A DNA stretch of 61,355 bases, the filler included. It is 5 parts of 5 records of this genome, joined end to end, with 100 filler letters (N's around TTAATTAATTAA, not from the genome) between each part and the next. Parts side by side here need not be neighbours in the genome. Positions count along the whole stretch, not along the records: positions 53,776 to 61,355 come from SRR31156797_3369; 4 more parts are not named here. The stretch is one strand, 5' to 3'. This document shows positions 59,417 through 61,355 of this stretch, piece after piece. The translations under genes were made by a program, and so were the position numbers. The notes under the pieces are model-generated. The model did not search any database. It saw nothing but the letters and a program-made list of their open reading frames with translations, and was not told the origin of the DNA. The stretch's first letter is position 1; the number at the start of each line of letters is the position of its first letter.

Positions 59417-60784
59417 CTACTTAATTAACTGTAACTCTTTTAATTTATCCAATTCCAATTTTATTTCATCAAATAGTGTTATTGTGTCTGAACCAATATA
59501 AGTCTCAGATGCTAATCTAAAACAAACTAAAGGGTCAATACCTTCAATTACTAACTCAATATTTGAAATAATAGTTTTAATAAGTTCTGCAACCTCATCT
59601 ATTATTTCCTCAGTTAAATCCCACTCAAAAACTTGTACATATGGTTCTTCATTTTTTATAACAACTTCTACTCTAAGTTTTTTAATATTTGCAAAGTCTT
59701 TATTAGTAGCCATTGCTCCTATCGCATAAAAAGCTAACTGATGTCCATATCTCTTTTTAGCTACTGCTAAATCTGCTTTTTGCTTTTCTATGGCATATTC
59801 TCTTTTTAATGGCTTTATTAACTTATCTAATTCACTTAACCTAATATCAATTTGGTCTTTTTGTGAAATAGCACTTTCAAAGTTTTTTAAATGTGTTTCC
59901 CATTTTTCAAGTTCTGTTTTTTGAGTATCTATTTTTTTAGAAACTCTAGTCGTAGGTTTTTTTTCTTTTTCTTTTTCTTCTAATAGTTTTTCCTGCTCAA
60001 CAATAAAAGATTTAATCTCTTCTATTTTTTCTTGCGAATGAGCAAATTTATCTATAACTTTTTCTAGTCTAATTTTTTCTTCATTTAAAGCTTTTGCTTC
60101 ATTTGAGTATTTTGAGAATAAAGGGTTTGCTTCAACATATCCTGATATCCTTTTTGAAGATGTTTTTAAATCACTAAGAATTAAAATATTATCTTTTTTA
60201 TAAATTCTATCAAGAGTACCAGTTAATGCAATCTTTCCTACATTCTTTTTGTACATAAGTAAAGAGTTACTTGTATCATCTGCATAATTTGCATCAATTG
60301 AAAAACTTTCTTCTGAAGCTATTGCAACATTTTTTCGTATTTCTGGATAATACACAGTGAAACATCTTTTTGCAGTATCTTTTAATTTATCTAATGATAC
60401 TTTTTTTCTCTTATCTGGATTAATATATTCTAGTTGTTTTTCACAAGTTTCATAAACTACTTCTAAACAATCATCCAAAAGAGGAATATTATTAGTTTCC
60501 ATTTTATGCTTATATGCATAATCTGCACCTTCATGTACTGCAGTACCAACAATTGTATTCTCATTACTTCCATAGTTTACTCCTAAAAATTGTTTTAGTG
60601 CAAAATCTAAAGAATTGTTTGAAAATCCTACTAATGAACTACCTCTTACATTAACACTAAAATCTGCTTTTTTAGTTTCTTTTGTTATTAAAGTAGAAAT
60701 AGCTCTTTGTACTGAGCATCCTGTTTTTTCTATTTCGTTTAGCACTCTATAAATAAATGCATCTTTTGAAATTGGTTTTGCCAT
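59417..60784 (-). CDS. PD-(D/E)XK (RecB/RecE-like) nuclease with coiled-coil insertion
   Basis: 'GTAVHE', 'SEE', 'LTGTLDRI', 'SDLKTS', 'HQLAFYA'. Confidence 0.78.
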   Translation of the reverse strand: MAKPISKDAFIYRVLNEIEKTGCSVQRAISTLITKETKKADFSVNVRGSSLVGFSNNSLDFALKQFLGVNYGSNENTIVGTAVHEGADYAYKHKMETNNIPLLDDCLEVVYETCEKQLEYINPDKRKKVSLDKLKDTAKRCFTVYYPEIRKNVAIASEESFSIDANYADDTSNSLLMYKKNVGKIALTGTLDRIYKKDNILILSDLKTSSKRISGYVEANPLFSKYSNEAKALNEEKIRLEKVIDKFAHSQEKIEEIKSFIVEQEKLLEEKEKEKKPTTRVSKKIDTQKTELEKWETHLKNFESAISQKDQIDIRLSELDKLIKPLKREYAIEKQKADLAVAKKRYGHQLAFYAIGAMATNKDFANIKKLRVEVVIKNEEPYVQVFEWDLTEEIIDEVAELIKTIISNIELVIEGIDPLVCFRLASETYIGSDTITLFDEIKLELDKLKELQLIK

Positions 60785-60866
60785 CTTTTATCCTTTTATG
60801 TCTCTACAACAAGGCAAATACTTATATTGCAGTAAGACATCAAATAAATTTGAAACTTTATTAGTC

Positions 60867-60946
60867 TCAAGTAAAATGACAAAATTGAAAAATTGTACAG
60901 AATTGGCTTGTAAGCCGACAATTTATTTTTTTGTCAGCTTACTTGA
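60867..60946. other. Long imperfect stem-loop with internal hairpin (ssi/Frpo-like candidate)
   Basis: TCAAGTAA/TTACTTGA, TGACAAAA/TTTTGTCA and AAATTGT/ACAATTT arms. Inner GGCTT-gt-AAGCC. Confidence 0.6.
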
Positions 60947-61054
60947 AGCCAAAGAAGTTACATTGAAAAGAGATAAAGCAAAGGAAAATTCCTTTACTTT
61001 ATTTTTAAATTACTGAATGATTAATATAGAATACATTACTTAAGAGTGTTTCTA

Positions 61055-61355
61055 TTAGAAGGGTATCTGATCATCATCATCTATATTAATTTCAGGTATA
61101 TTCTGGTCAGGCTTTTGGAAGCTTGATTGATTTAGATTGTTTCCAGGGTTTTGATTATGTTGATTATATTGATTTTGTTGAGGTTGTGAATAATTACCTT
61201 GAGGATTGTTATATCCATTTTGATTGTTATTGCTACCTGCATTTTGTGAATCAGACTTTGAATCTAACATTTTTAAAGTATCTACCCTTAATGCGTGTTT
61301 ACTTCTGTTAGAACCATCTTGTGCTGTCCACTGTTCAAATACTAATCTACCTTCT
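61055..61355 (-). CDS. ssb: Single-stranded DNA-binding protein (5' truncated)
   Basis: Manual translation: EGRLVFEQWTAQDGSNRSKHALRV..., N/Q-rich linker, C-terminal DDDDQIPF. Confidence 0.93.
   Translation of the reverse strand, partial: EGRLVFEQWTAQDGSNRSKHALRVDTLKMLDSKSDSQNAGSNNNQNGYNNPQGNYSQPQQNQYNQHNQNPGNNLNQSSFQKPDQNIPEINIDDDDQIPF

Larger units (their letters stand above)
53776..61355 (-). mobile_element. Fragment of a Campylobacterota plasmid/ICE/prophage replication-recombination module
   Basis: Co-oriented SSB, PD-(D/E)XK nuclease, RecT, CHC2 primase and many small hypothetical ORFs. No chromosomal housekeeping context. Confidence 0.75.

Noticed and set aside
60798-61016. 72-aa plus-strand ORF
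   Set aside because: It has no RBS, is antisense to the module and overlies the stem-loops, so it is probably spurious.
61100-61250. Repetitive TTG/TTA-rich tract
   Set aside because: It encodes the normal N/Q-rich disordered linker of SSB.
1-61355. CRISPR array, tRNA/rRNA, integrase or transposase
   Set aside because: I saw no regularly spaced direct repeats, recognisable structural RNA genes or such ORFs by eye. Dedicated scans were not run.

Overview
The window is not one locus. It is five unrelated contigs joined by 100-bp artificial spacers (N44-TTAATTAATTAA-N44) at 17892-17991, 31492-31591, 45725-45824 and 53676-53775. Taxonomic labels are inferred from gene content and promoter style, not from searches. 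(1) 1-17891: very AT-rich diderm, Fusobacteriota-like, with the envelope cluster tamB-bamA-skp-lpxD, lspA, a ygjP-like gene, a flagellar flgF/G-flgH-flgI-flgJ block and a SpoIVB/S55-type peptidase. (2) 17992-31491: Arcobacter-like, with the rpsO end, Rrf2, a DHH protein, beta-carbonic anhydrase, biotin carboxylase, and an accessory redox/stress island with readable AraC and MarR operator motifs. (3) 31592-45724: Bacteroidota housekeeping genes (hybrid kinase, 5'-nucleotidase, mutS2, rsmG, ECF sigma, GT2, tgt, LptF/G). (4) 45825-53675: Bacteroidota Lrp regulator, two PLP enzymes, a selenium-dependent-type Mo hydroxylase and SsnA, then an unannotated tandem pair of Trp-rich (W-H-W) leader-peptide attenuators. 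(5) 53776-61355: Campylobacterota mobile-element module (SSB, a PD-(D/E)XK nuclease with a large coiled-coil insert, RecT, primase, small ORFs), with stem-loops in front of most genes and a 41-aa highly acidic microprotein. The best leads are the tandem attenuators, the hairpin-punctuated mobile-element recombination/establishment module and the atypical purine-catabolic cluster.
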